A model generated the notes under the pieces. The model was not told where the DNA came from, made no database searches, and saw only the letters and a program-made list of their open reading frames with translations. From Aplysia californica (Eukaryota), in assembly GCF_000002075.1 (NCBI RefSeq), contig NW_004797773.1:268845-332844 (forward strand): a DNA stretch of 64,000 nucleotides, given 5' to 3'. The translations under genes and the position numbers were made by a program. Position 1 is the first letter of the stretch. Each line of letters starts with the position of its first letter. Shown here piece by piece: positions 26,063-38,500 of this stretch.

Positions 26063-26501
26063 TTGTGCTAATCAGTGGTAATTCCTATTGAAACCGAAAC
26101 TGAAATCTGGAATGTTGTGTGAGAAGATCGTAAACGTATTTTTGTTTTGTTTACTGGGAGCCAGGAATGCGAGGTCGAACAAAATGTTCGATCAAATTGA
26201 TTTCCGCCTACGTGGAAAAAAACAACAACTCAATTCCTTTTTTTGGAGGCTAGGCTAGTTCAAAACGAGTCAAGTTGACCATTGTAAAGAGACAGGTGAA
26301 ACTGACTTGGTTTTCAGAACACAGTGGCAGCTGTTTGATGAAATTAAGTTGATAATCCGCCTCAATAAGTTAGAGTGGCCAATATGGCAAGTAAAACAAT
26401 ATTTGGAAAGCTCTGATCTCACATTCTCTACTGCTTGATACTGCTACCCAAAGGCCAAATTTAGTCGGTGTGCTGATAAACAATCTTCAACTTCAAGCAT
26501 C
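26063..26501. promoter_or_regulatory. Candidate bidirectional promoter and 5' UTRs shared by the EPSTI1-like gene and ELP5
   Basis: 439 bp between divergent ATGs; CCAAT at 26379. Transcription start sites are not observable, so promoter function is inferred from geometry. Confidence 0.65.
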
Positions 26502-29500
26502 ATGTTGGAAGATCTGGTAAACGGAATTGAAAACAGCCGGCTCGTGCTTGTTACGGGTAAGTTGCTATAGAGTACTTGATGTTTTCAATCGGCTACTTAT
26601 AGATCTAGATCTAGTCGCTGTTGCAAGCTTTCTACTTAGGCCACCTCTATTCTCACCCGGAGTGAGAATGGCCACCTCTATTCTCACCCGGGATGAGAAT
26701 AGTGCAGGCGAGTCTTTTGGCTATTCTTACCCGGTGCGCGTTCACCGTTATATAGCCTAGATCTAGGCCAACAAATTTTGCGTTCACCCTAAACCACAGA
26801 ATTCTACATTGTGATAACAGAAAAAGGTAAATTTTTACTTTCACTCCCGCACACAGATGCACTGTTTCAGGGGTCAAACTGCTGTACTGTTTGCTGCAGA
26901 TCACACATAAAGCCACCAAAACTGTCGCAAATCAATTATTTTCAAGACAATTTCAAATCTAACTGTAAAATATCAAATTATGGGTGTAAAAACAGGGGGG
27001 CATGCCCCCCTGTAACCCCCCAGATTTTCTTTTACCCCAGTGGGGCAGGCCCCCCTGGAACCCCCCCCCCCCCCCCCCCCCACCCTCGGGAATTTTTCAG
27101 AGGCGGCTGTTGCCTGCGGAAAAAAACCGAAATATTTTCAAAAATGAAGTTGATATTCGTGTTCAGCGCATCAATATTTAGTAGAAAATAGACAACTGGT
27201 AGCTGAGTGTGAGACGGGAGGGAAAGTAAAAAAATACCCAGAAAAATTGTAGAATTCTGTGCCGTGAACAAACGTTCCATTACAACTGTAACCTACTAAA
27301 AGCGTACAATTTTGTCTGTGGGCAGTGGAGAGAGAGAAAGAGAGAGAGAGAGAGAGGAGTAGCGCGAGAACTTCCGGTCAAAACAAGCTAACGAGCCATC
27401 TTTAATTGCTTCTGATGACTTCTTGACAAATAAACATTTATTAGAAACGCTCTAACTTTTCAGGCTGGCCTCAAATTCGTCATAAGATAAAAACTCGGCT
27501 CCGGCACAATTTAACGCCATTTTGCCCGAAGTGATCCCGGTCTCTACCCAGCCTGAGGCAAGTGAGGCAGGACAGGAAGCTGGAGTCACGAGTCACAGGA
27601 AGTCGGAAGTGATGTCATGGTGGACAAGAATCAGAGTCCGAATAACATTTTTTCATATTCGGAATAGTCTGTCTTAGACGGCCACCTTAGTGACTCCATT
27701 ACGTTTTGTCATAAATTGTGCATTGGCCCCTGGTGTTGTGGACGAGTCGTCATAATTTAACTCATCCGCTACCTATTATTTTCGGCTTGTGGACGAATTT
27801 TTTTTCGGGAGGGCGAAAGAGATCAATGACTAGTGGGCAGTTAAAAGGTCTTTGGGGCAACAAATTCAAATAAATATCAACGTATTATATACCAATGTTT
27901 TCAGTATGGTTTGTAGAATACATTTGTAATGTTTATTTATGTATTTTTCAACTTTGGTTCCCGTAAGAGACGATTATGGAACACAATTTTGATTGGATGC
28001 GGAGAAAATTTGAAAATAAAACATTTATAATCTTTCGTGAAACTCAAAAAATAAGTTTGCGCCTAGTCAAATGATACATCAAAATAACCATAAATAAATA
28101 CAGAACTGGAAAATATTGAAAAGTTTGCAGTTATTTACCTACATTCCATAATATTTGTACATTTTGAACACAACATCCGATATTGAAAAAAATATTAAAT
28201 TTTTTATAATCTTGAAAAACGATCACCAACAGAAAAAACCCACCCGTATCTTATATGGAATTATTCAGAATTGCATTTGGAATAAACCTATACATGTCTT
28301 GAGTGGCACTTCTTGTGTAATTTCATCAAAAAGTAGTGATTTTGGGGAGAAAAAAATATTCTGACAATTTAGATCTAGACCTAGATCAAGCACTCAAAAA
28401 TATTGATTTCTCGATAACAGTGCATTGGCAATATGAGTCCAATCGTATCAATATTATAGAAAAGAGTCCTACATTTCTTTAGTGGGTGAAATAATGATAG
28501 ATTTTGTTGTGTAAAATTACTAAGACTGGTGTCTGGGCTATAATTTTAGCATCGCGATAAAACAAAGTCAAATAAACTACGAAATCGCGTTTCGAAACTG
28601 AATCTAAATTTCCGATTTTCAGTGGAAATGCTTGACCCGGAAGTCAGCATTATATTATGACCTTTATTTTAACATGGATATGTGGACTGGAATAGAATCT
28701 AAGCTAAAATTGAAGATTGGTTCTCGAGCCGCCGGGGGCGGCTTAGCGTACTGACGGCACTTTAGCCGCGCCGCCTCCCACGGCTCGGCGTAGCGAATGA
28801 GTTAAAAACCTGTCGTTGTTAGGTAGTCCCTCCAACTGATCATGTTGCGTAGGCCCCTCCCACTGTTGACCAATAGGTAACAAAATTAATTTTCAGCTGC
28901 TGGGGAATGGGGAGGGAAGCGTGTGATCCCTCATAAACCATAAGCCCTGCCCAGAACCCATACACAAATTATCGCAAGTGAGATGAGTGGTCACTGTTTA
29001 CCCAGTCTGTAACAAAGTAACAATGGACATCAGCATGAACTTGTGACAGAAGCGTTGCTTGTTCTCCGAGTGGTAGTACGTGTGTTTGTTTCACCATAGC
29101 ACTTGGTCCTCCTTGTCTGACACATTTTGTTTTATTGTCACCTGTACACAAAAGCAGCAACAAAAGAAAAGAAAACCCAGCCTGGGGTCCAATCTGCTGC
29201 AGAAGAGGAACAGTAAGGAGACGCAGGATTTCCTCCGCCTACTTTGCCGTGGTAAAACTGCCCTATATGGGGGTCCTGTGGTGAGCTGAGAAGCCTCCCC
29301 ACTCCAGAACAGACCCTACACCCTAGGGCGCCACCTGCTGGATGCAGTCAGGGTGGAACCGCTCTCCTCGGAGCCTACAGTCGTGGGTTCACCTGTCTGG
29401 GTGCAGCAAGTTGAATCTGGATTCGTCTGAGAAGACTACCTGGTCCCACTGACGTCGTGTCCACTATGAATGGCAGGCAGACCACGCCCGGTGAGCTGTT

Positions 29501-32500
29501 TTGTGGGCCGGCATGTGCCTTGGGTGCCTGGCATGGACACCAGTAGCAAACCTGGCTCTACGGAGACAGTTCCTCACCATCTCCTCATCCACGTGGACAT
29601 TGGCTGTCTCCCGTAGTTGGTCCCTGGTGCGGTCTGCAATGGTGGTTCGTGACTTCACGGCCTATCTGACGATGAGCCGGTCGATGCTGTCGTTGGTCAA
29701 ATGGGGCCTCCCTGGTCGAGGCCTGTCCTGGACCCTTCCAGTCGCTCGCCATCATTCTTGCAGCCTCCACATGACTGACGGGGACACCCCAAGTGGACGT
29801 GTAAAGACTCGGAACGTGGAGCTATCTTGGAGCCAGGCAAGGGCTCGTCCTCTGTCAACATCAGGCAGCGAACGTCGTTGACCATCGTGTTGTAATGAAA
29901 CATGGCTGAAAAACACTGGCTTATAAAATAGGGTTATCAAGTGAGCGATGTCCACAGCCGAGACATCTGTTTAACACATGCTAAGCTCAGTTTTAGCCCC
30001 CAATCCCTGTGCCAATATGTTACTGAGGCGGAGAAATTTCACCCACTTTAGATTCTTTTCGGCTGTGTTTCGGCATGCCCTGTGCCGTCACTATGAGGCT
30101 CGTGCGGGCAAATTTGCTGTTTTCTCTATACGCTCATATGAGTAGTACTGCGTTTTTGACTAGATCTAGTTCAAACTGTACAGTATTTTATGGTTTTTAA
30201 ACTCCTGCTTTTTCACCACTCTTCTCAGGGTGATGATATCTGCCCATTTTAACTTTATTAAGGTAAGTTAGGTCTACTGCTGACACCTAATTGTAAAGAC
30301 TGAGCCTCAAATTTTCACATCCTGTTCTTACATTAGATGTGCACATTTATGAAGGCATCTGGTGACCAGATGATCATATCAAAAATAGCTCAAAAGACAT
30401 TCAGGGGCTGGGAAGCGCATGGTCTTAGGATCATCATGGCCTCATTTGGAACTAAGAAAGAACTCGAGGTAAGAGATGGTAGGAAGAAGGTCATTAACAT
30501 GAACATCCTACAAGTGTATGCTCCAACCAATGATCCAGAAGTGGAGAATAAAGACGACTTCTACAACCGCCTGCAGAACGTCATCGACAAACTTCCAGGT
30601 AAAGACATCAACATTGTCATGGGAGATCTAAATGCAAAGGTAGGTTCGGACAATAGTCACAATGAGGAAATCATGGGCAGACACGGGTTAAGAGAGGCAA
30701 ATGACAGCGGAGAAAGGTTCGAAAACTTCTGTACATTCAACAACTTGGTCATTGGAGGTACAATCTTCCCACATAAAAGGATTCACAAGGCCACTTGGGT
30801 CTCCCCGGACGGAACAACGGAAAACCAGATTGACCACTTTTGCATCTCCCGAAAGTTTAGACGCTCACTGGAGGACGTCCGAGTCTTACGAGGAGCAGAC
30901 GTCGCATCAGATCACCATTTGATCCTTGGAAAGATGAAACTAAAACTGAGAAGATATGCACAAGTCGCCGCTGGAAATCATCTAAAGTATGAGAAGAACA
31001 GATTTCAAGCCCTTCAAGATCTGGATGAATGTGAAGTCAACGACTTGATAAGATAAGAGAGGCAGTAAATGCAACTTGCCAGAGCACCCTAGGACCCAAA
31101 GACAACACCAGGGATGAATGGATTTCACAGGACTCTCAAGAAAAAGTCAAAAGAAGAAGAGAGCTGAAGGCCTAAGTCAACAACAGCCATACCCGAACTG
31201 AGAAACTCGCTGCACAACAAGAGTACACTGAAGTAAACCGGGAGGTAAAAAATTCCATCAAGAAGGACAAGAATACCTACCTGAATGGCCTGGCCGAAAA
31301 GGCAGAGAAAGCAGCAACAGACGGGCACTTGAGGATTGTTCACCAGACTACAAGAACTCTTTCAGGTAGGTTCAGCAAGCCCACTCTACCAGTGAAAGAC
31401 AAAGAAGGAAAGACTATCTTCCACCCAGAGGGGCAACTTAACCGATGGAGAGAACACTTTGATCAACTATTGAACAGACCACCTCCAGAAAACCAACCAG
31501 AAATTCTTCCAGCCAGAAATGACCTCCCAATAGTCACGGAACCACCTTCAAGAGAGGAAATTGCAGCCGCTATAAAAACACTGAAGTCCCACAAGGCAGC
31601 TGGTCCCGACCATATACCACCGGAAGCCCTTGAGGCAGAGAAAGATAGGTTTGTGGAAATTCTCTATGCTCTATTTGAAAAAGTTTGGCAAAAGGAGGAA
31701 ATACCATCAGACTGGAAGGAAGGCCACCTAATCAAGCTGCCAAAGAAAGGAGACCTCAGCAACTGTAACAACTACAGAGGCATTACACTCCTTTCCATAC
31801 CTGAGAAAGTCTTCAACAGGATACTCCTGGAGAGAATCAAGCTGGCAACAGATGAGAAGCTTCGAGGAAACCAAGCAGGATTCCGCAAAAACTGATCATA
31901 TGTGGACCAGATCGCTACTCTGCGTATCATTGTTGAGGAATCGCTTGAATGGAATTCACCACTCGTGGTCAACTTCATTGACTATGAAAAGGCGTTTGAC
32001 AGCGTGGACAGGGAAACTCTGTGGAAACTCATGCGGCATTTTGGAATACCTGAGAAATCATTAAGTTTGTGAAGGCCACCTATGATGGAACAAGCTGCCA
32101 AGTCTTCCACAAAGGACAACTCTCAGAACCATTCCGGGTACAGACAGGAGTGCGACAAGGATACAGTCAAACCTGTGTAAGACGGCCACCCATTGTCAAG
32201 GAGAAAAGTGGCCGTATAAGACAGGTGGCCATCTTAGGCAGGACTGAACAAGATGAAGAAAACAAACCATTCCCATCTGAAGTCCCAATCGAAAGTAGCC
32301 GCATTGTTGTTGTTTTTGTTGGTGGTGGTGGTTGTTGTTGGTTTGTATTTTGTTTGTAATTTTTATTTGTTGAATATATATAAATATATAGTGTAAAGTG
32401 CATAGAGCCTGCTGTTGAGCGGGGATATGCGCTATACAAATGCTATCTATTATTATTATTATTTATTTGTTGCTGATTTGCACAAGGGTGACAGTAAAAC

Positions 32501-35500
32501 GAAATGTATCAGGCGAGGAAGACCGAGTGCCATGTTAAAACAAACACATGGGTCGCCACCACTTGGAGAACGAGAGACGCTTCTGTCACAAGTTCATGTT
32601 GACGTCCTTTGTTACTTTGTTACAGACTGGGTAAACAGTGACCACTCATCTCACTTACGATTAGTGTAAGAGTTCTGGGCGGGGCTTATGGGTTATGAGG
32701 GATCACACGTTTACCTCACCAACAACTGAAAATTAGTAGCTATTGGTCAACAGTGGGAGGGGCCTACGCAACATGATCAGTTGGAGGGACTACCTAACAA
32801 CAACGACAAGTGATTTAATTATGACGGCTCGCCCACAACGCCAGGAGCCAATGCACAATTTATGACAAAACGTAATGGAGTCACAAAGGTGGCCGTCTAA
32901 GACAGGTATTATTGCTTAGTGTGATAGGGGTTGTGTGTTAAATTATGGTGGCCGCGGCCACGTTGGACAGGTGCCCGTTTTACACAGTTAAATTATATAG
33001 AAAAAAAACGCAAAGGGGGAAATGGAAAGTGGCCGTTTGTGCAGGTGACCGTCTTATGGAGGTGGCCCGTCAGGGCAGGTTTGACTGTACTTGCTCTCAC
33101 CTTTTCTCTTCATACTGGCAATTGACTGGGTCATGAAAGAAGCCACCAGAGGCAAACGTAATGGAATACAATGGATCCCTTGGCAGCAGCTGGACGACTT
33201 AGACTTCGCCGATGACTTTGCACTACCTCTCACACACATGCTCAGATGCAAGAAAAGACCGAGGAACTCAACAGCCTATCAAGGAGTGTTGGCCTACGTA
33301 TACATCCAGGCAAGTCAAAAGTAGTGAAGCTAGGAAAAGTTTCAAGTCTGGAAAGCAAGCAACATCTCACTGCGCACCAAGATTCGACTTTTTAACTCCA
33401 ACGTCAAGTCTGTGCTCCTCTACAGCTGCGAAACTTGGAAGACAACGAAAACAGTACTGAATAAAGTCCAGACTTTCATCAACAGATGTATGAAGAGTAT
33501 TCTAAGAATTAAGTGGCAGGATAGAATAAGAAATGAAGAGCTGTGGGAAAGGACAGGACAAAAGGATATAGAAGTAGAAATAGGACTAAGAAAGTGGCGA
33601 TGGATGGGACACACCAGAAAGCCCAGCGGAAACATCACAAGACAGTCACTGCAGTGGAAACCACAAGGAGCACGAGGCAGGGGTAGGCCACGGGAAACAT
33701 GGAGAAGATGCGTGGAAAGGGACATGAGAGAAATGAAGCTCACTTGGAACGAGCTTGGAAGGATGGCTCAGGACAGAGATAAATGGAAGGAGCTTGTATG
33801 TGGCCTATACCCTGCCAGGGGTGAAAGGCATTGATTGATTGATGACATGTAATTCTAAACAAAGGTGTACCAAATTGTACTTTTTCAAACTTATTGATAG
33901 AGATCATGTGAAAATATTGTCCCTAGAGTGTTTGTTTTTGATATAGCGTAATTTCTATTTTCACTGACCTGAGCACACACATATTATTATATGTTTTCAG
34001 ACACAGCTGATTGTCCTGGTAGAACACTCTTTCTCAACTGGGTGAAGAGTTTGGCTGAAAGGTTGGTAAAAGAGACAGTTTTATGATTTTCTTTTATTTT
34101 TATTGTTTGATTTGTGTCAAATATCTAAGCACTAGCCTTTATGTAAATCTTGTCAAGTGGGACTGTAATGTTTTGTAGTTCAAAAGTCTGCTAATATTTC
34201 AACACAACTTTTTTTCTGTCCTTAGACTTCTTTTATTTTGTGATTTATTTTCTGTTGTACCTGATGTATTTATATGGCTCAACTGAATAGGAGTTTCTGT
34301 GACATGCTGTATCATTTCAAGAAAATGGAATAATGAGGAACAAGCCCCTTTGTTCTTAATACAGTGTATCAAAGTAAACTATGTAAAACTCTCCACCATT
34401 CTAAGCTTGCTGAGTGATTGTTTGCAAACTACCCCATTTATAACTATATTTTTTTATGCTCCTTTATGTTATGTCCTTGTACCTTTCCTTTCTGTGGTAG
34501 CATAGTATAATTTATACTCATGTATATGGTAATATGAAGGGTTGTAACTGGTTACAATATATGAGGTCATCTGAGCTTGAAAACTGAATGTAGATCTAGC
34601 TGCTGGCTGAGAAAGTTGCTGAAAAAGTAAACAAAAATTTAAATTATGAAGATGATAAAAAAAACCTGTAAAGAATTGCTAAATTTTTTCTTCGTGAGCT
34701 TTTGTATTGGAATAAGGAGAGACCCTGAGGAGAATGTAATTTTTTTTATGTCATATTTTTGTTCTCAGACTTGATCGTCTCATTCTCATCTGCTTTGAAC
34801 GCCAACCTGAATTCTTCAAAAGCTGGCTTCCGCTAGGTCTCCAAAACAGGTCAGATATTATGGTGTACATTCCAGAAATTTAGCAAAGTGATAAATTTAA
34901 GAAAGGTAAAAAAAACTCCCCTGTGTTGTTTTCATGTTAGTAACGTGGGTTTTTTTTTCGAAGGCTGCATTATTCTCATGGCCTACATGCTAAAAGGCCA
35001 TGTGTGCCAAAGAAGATATACACAATACCTTCAGGAACTATGAGGCCTTTAAACTTGTCACAAGAGGCTTTGGCCACCACTTGGGCGAAATTGAAAATTA
35101 CTTCCTACCAAAATTGAAAATACCCTATTCTGTATTTAAAAAATCAAATAGAGTACAGTCGAACCTGTGTAAGACGGAATCGCAAGGGAGCCAGAAAAAA
35201 ATTCCATCTTAGACATTTTCCGTCTTAGACGGGAATTTAGTGGGGGAGATGGGGGGGGGGGTTCAAAGGCCCAGCCGGTGGGATCAAGGATTGCTTGTCC
35301 GATCAGCAAGCAACGGTCAAAACTTCACACCTCTCAACTGCTAGCCTGTCTGATAATGACATGCGTCACTCTTACTTGTCCAATCACCACCAGTGCTTGC
35401 CATTAATAGGACCACTGTTTAACCTATTAAAAACAGACAAGTTTGAACATGATCTCCTTTGCTTCCACCCTTAGCCCCACCCATCGGAGTAACAAGCTCT

Positions 35501-38500
35501 GTCAACCAATGCCACCCCTCACTGCAATCATATACCAACGATTCGAGGAACTCTTTTCTCGGCTGGCATACAATCAGGTTGGCAGGCATTGGTCAAACTA
35601 ATTTCACACCTCTGGCTTCTGGCTACCCAGGAAAGTTTCCGTAGTGGCTCGTTATTCGAGCACTCTCATGAGCAGTCGTGAGATTTCACACCCTCACTAT
35701 CCTGACCATCTGCATCCCCCTGGGCTCACATGATAGGGTAACATCTACCCCCCAATTGCACCCCTACTCCCCCTTCCTCGACCAGCGGCATGGCCTTAGT
35801 TTAGAGCCGGCTGAACAAAACTTGCGAGTTTTGTTTCAAATCAGGGCTGAGCGGGCAAAGCATTTTCCCTCTTCGTAGACTTGTGAAACCCTTGGAAGGG
35901 AGCAGATTTTTCTTTCCATTTCCGCGTTGGACAGGTTTCCATTTTATACAAGTTATTAAAGAGGAATATATCAAGATGGGAGCGGGGAGATTCCGTTAAG
36001 ACATGTTTCCGTTTTATAAAGGTTTCCATTAAGGCAGGTTCGACTGTACCTTCAAAATTGGAATGCGGTTACCTGTGGGGCCCTACAAAGTAGGCAAGGA
36101 CAGCCACGTATGTAAAAATCAGTTGTACTGCAGGTTTAAGAACAGGCAGTTGACTGCCCCTGAGATCAAGCTTCAGAATGCAAAGAAGAAGAAGTGTATG
36201 TCCTGTGTTCAGTTAGGATACTGTAAACCTGTTTGTTATTTCCCCTCTCTGCTCACCAGGATAACATTTGTAGATGGTCAGAGTATTACCTGTGATTTTG
36301 AGCTAAAGAACCAGGATCTGTTCAAGGTGACGACTGCTGCTGTGCCTGAGTTCAAAGGTCAGACGGGGGTGCTGATTGACTCACTGTCTCTTCACATATT
36401 GTTCCAGCAGACTCCAGCAGTTTGCTCAGCCCTTCACAGACTGGCTTCAGGTTTGTAATATGTGAGGCATTGTGGTGACATCAGGCGCTCTTCAAAATAA
36501 TAAAAATCGAAGACACCGGCATGTTTCTTCCCATTTGGCAATTTTAAAAGCTCAACAAATGTAAATTTACAGTTTCCAAGGACTCTCAAGCTTTGCAATT
36601 CATCAAACTTCGGCTTCCATTTTCTTTCTAATTTTGCCTCTGAAACCAGGTAACCCCTACCTCCTTCATTCGGAAATATCTCGACTTCTATTGAAGACTG
36701 GTGGGTAAGCAAGATAAATGAACATGTTTTAAGATGATGCCAATAACTCCATGTGCCCAAAAATTGAAGCGAGGCTATTTCCACAGCATCATGACACATG
36801 GTTATTGTACTTACTTATTTTTAAACTTTTTTCTGTCCTCTTATGGATATGCTTTTGTCGTGATATGGGCCAGGTGTGCTGCTATTTGGATTGTCATTTT
36901 GTTCCTTTAAAGGATCTCTTTGACTCTGTCGACCCATCTTTTTCTTTGTCTTCTTTGAAACTATAGAATCATATATTGTAAGCCTTTGAGCCTGGCTGTT
37001 GTGTCCCCATTTTCATTACATCAAACCACCTTATTTGCTGTCTCTCGATGTATTTGATGCCTGATTCGATGCTCACTAGATGTCTGATGTCACCAATTCT
37101 TTGTCTTTCCCTTCTCATAATGTTGAATGTTTTTCTAAGACATTGTTAAAACAAATTAGAATATATATTAACTAAAATCTCAACTCCTAACGCTCTTTTA
37201 GATCCTTTTTTGGGGGGTTTGGAAACGGAATTTTTACTTCATATAATCTTCCCCTTTAATTCCTATGACATGGAATGTGTGAATGTGCTACCTTTGTCCT
37301 TCTGCTCTCCATACTGTGGTGGAGAATCTAACAGCTGACCCTTGGGAGCTCAGTGGCACTGGTTTCTTTAGGCTTTTGGGATGAGGGCTCAAAGAGTAGG
37401 TCCCAGTTTTATGGCTCAAAATTGGCTACAATCCTACTTTACTCAAAACATAATCCTAACAAATTATTTTTTGGACCCACAATTGTATATGATGATGAAT
37501 ATTTTTCAAGACTTGTATGTAAAAAGTGTTTGTTTGGTTGTTGTTTTTTTTATTTATGTTGAATCTATGTGTAACTTGCAAAGTTTCCTCGTGGATTTGT
37601 CTGTTCTTCAGATAAGAGATTTTCACAAGTTGTGGCTGTACTGCATCGAGATGTACACGATCCCCACACTTGTAGCTTGATGGAGCATGTAGCGTCCAGT
37701 GTAATCTCATTGCGGAATGTCCACTCTGGAAAACACATCTGTCACGTCAGGCACTGTCGCCCAACAGGGAAGGTTTTCAGAACTGTGAGTATCTTACATT
37801 TTTTCAGGCTTTCATTCTCTTAAAATGAAGTTTTAATGCCATGTCTTATTCATACATATTTGATACTATGTGTGTTAGGCACAAACCCTTTTAACCTGAA
37901 ATTTTGAGGGGGGAAAAGTATCAAAGGGAAGAACTTAGTTGGGTGTGGCTGACTGAAATAGCGCAGTCATATTTTGATAATTTGGAAACATTCATATACA
38001 ATAGATTCTATACTATATGTGGCATCATGTGGAATAAATAATGACATTGCAGAAACTCACATTTTTCTGCCTATTAGCAATGATAGTACATAACAAGATG
38101 GGCCACTTCTCTCTTTGAGCCAATTAAAAAAGTGTCCTCAAAATTTGGTGGCGCCCTCTTCACAAAAGCGCACTCTTTGCGAACAGAGTTACCCTACTTG
38201 AGTTTTTAAAAATCAAAATGAAACTAGCAAGTTTTGGCATAAATTTCGGAAGAACGCTTTTTTAAAATGGTTACGCTGACAAAAAACCTCTTCCGGAGGA
38301 AAAGGTGATGGTTTTCTTCGTTTAATTTGACTTTAGAATGAAAGGCGAGAGGTCATTAAAATTTTAAAAAACCTAAAACTACGCACTGAACGTACCCGAA
38401 CTGCTGATGAACAGCAGTCGATCTGCGCACGCAAGGAGGTGCTATTCCTATTCTTCTTCTGGAAAAACGAAAGAGAGCTTCAAAACAGACCGCAGCGCCA

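Noticed and set aside
27612-27667. ATG after the ETS-like cluster as the ELP5 start
   Set aside because: Short ORF ending in a stop with no suitable donor; the exon at 26502-26556 fits ELP5 in sequence and phase.
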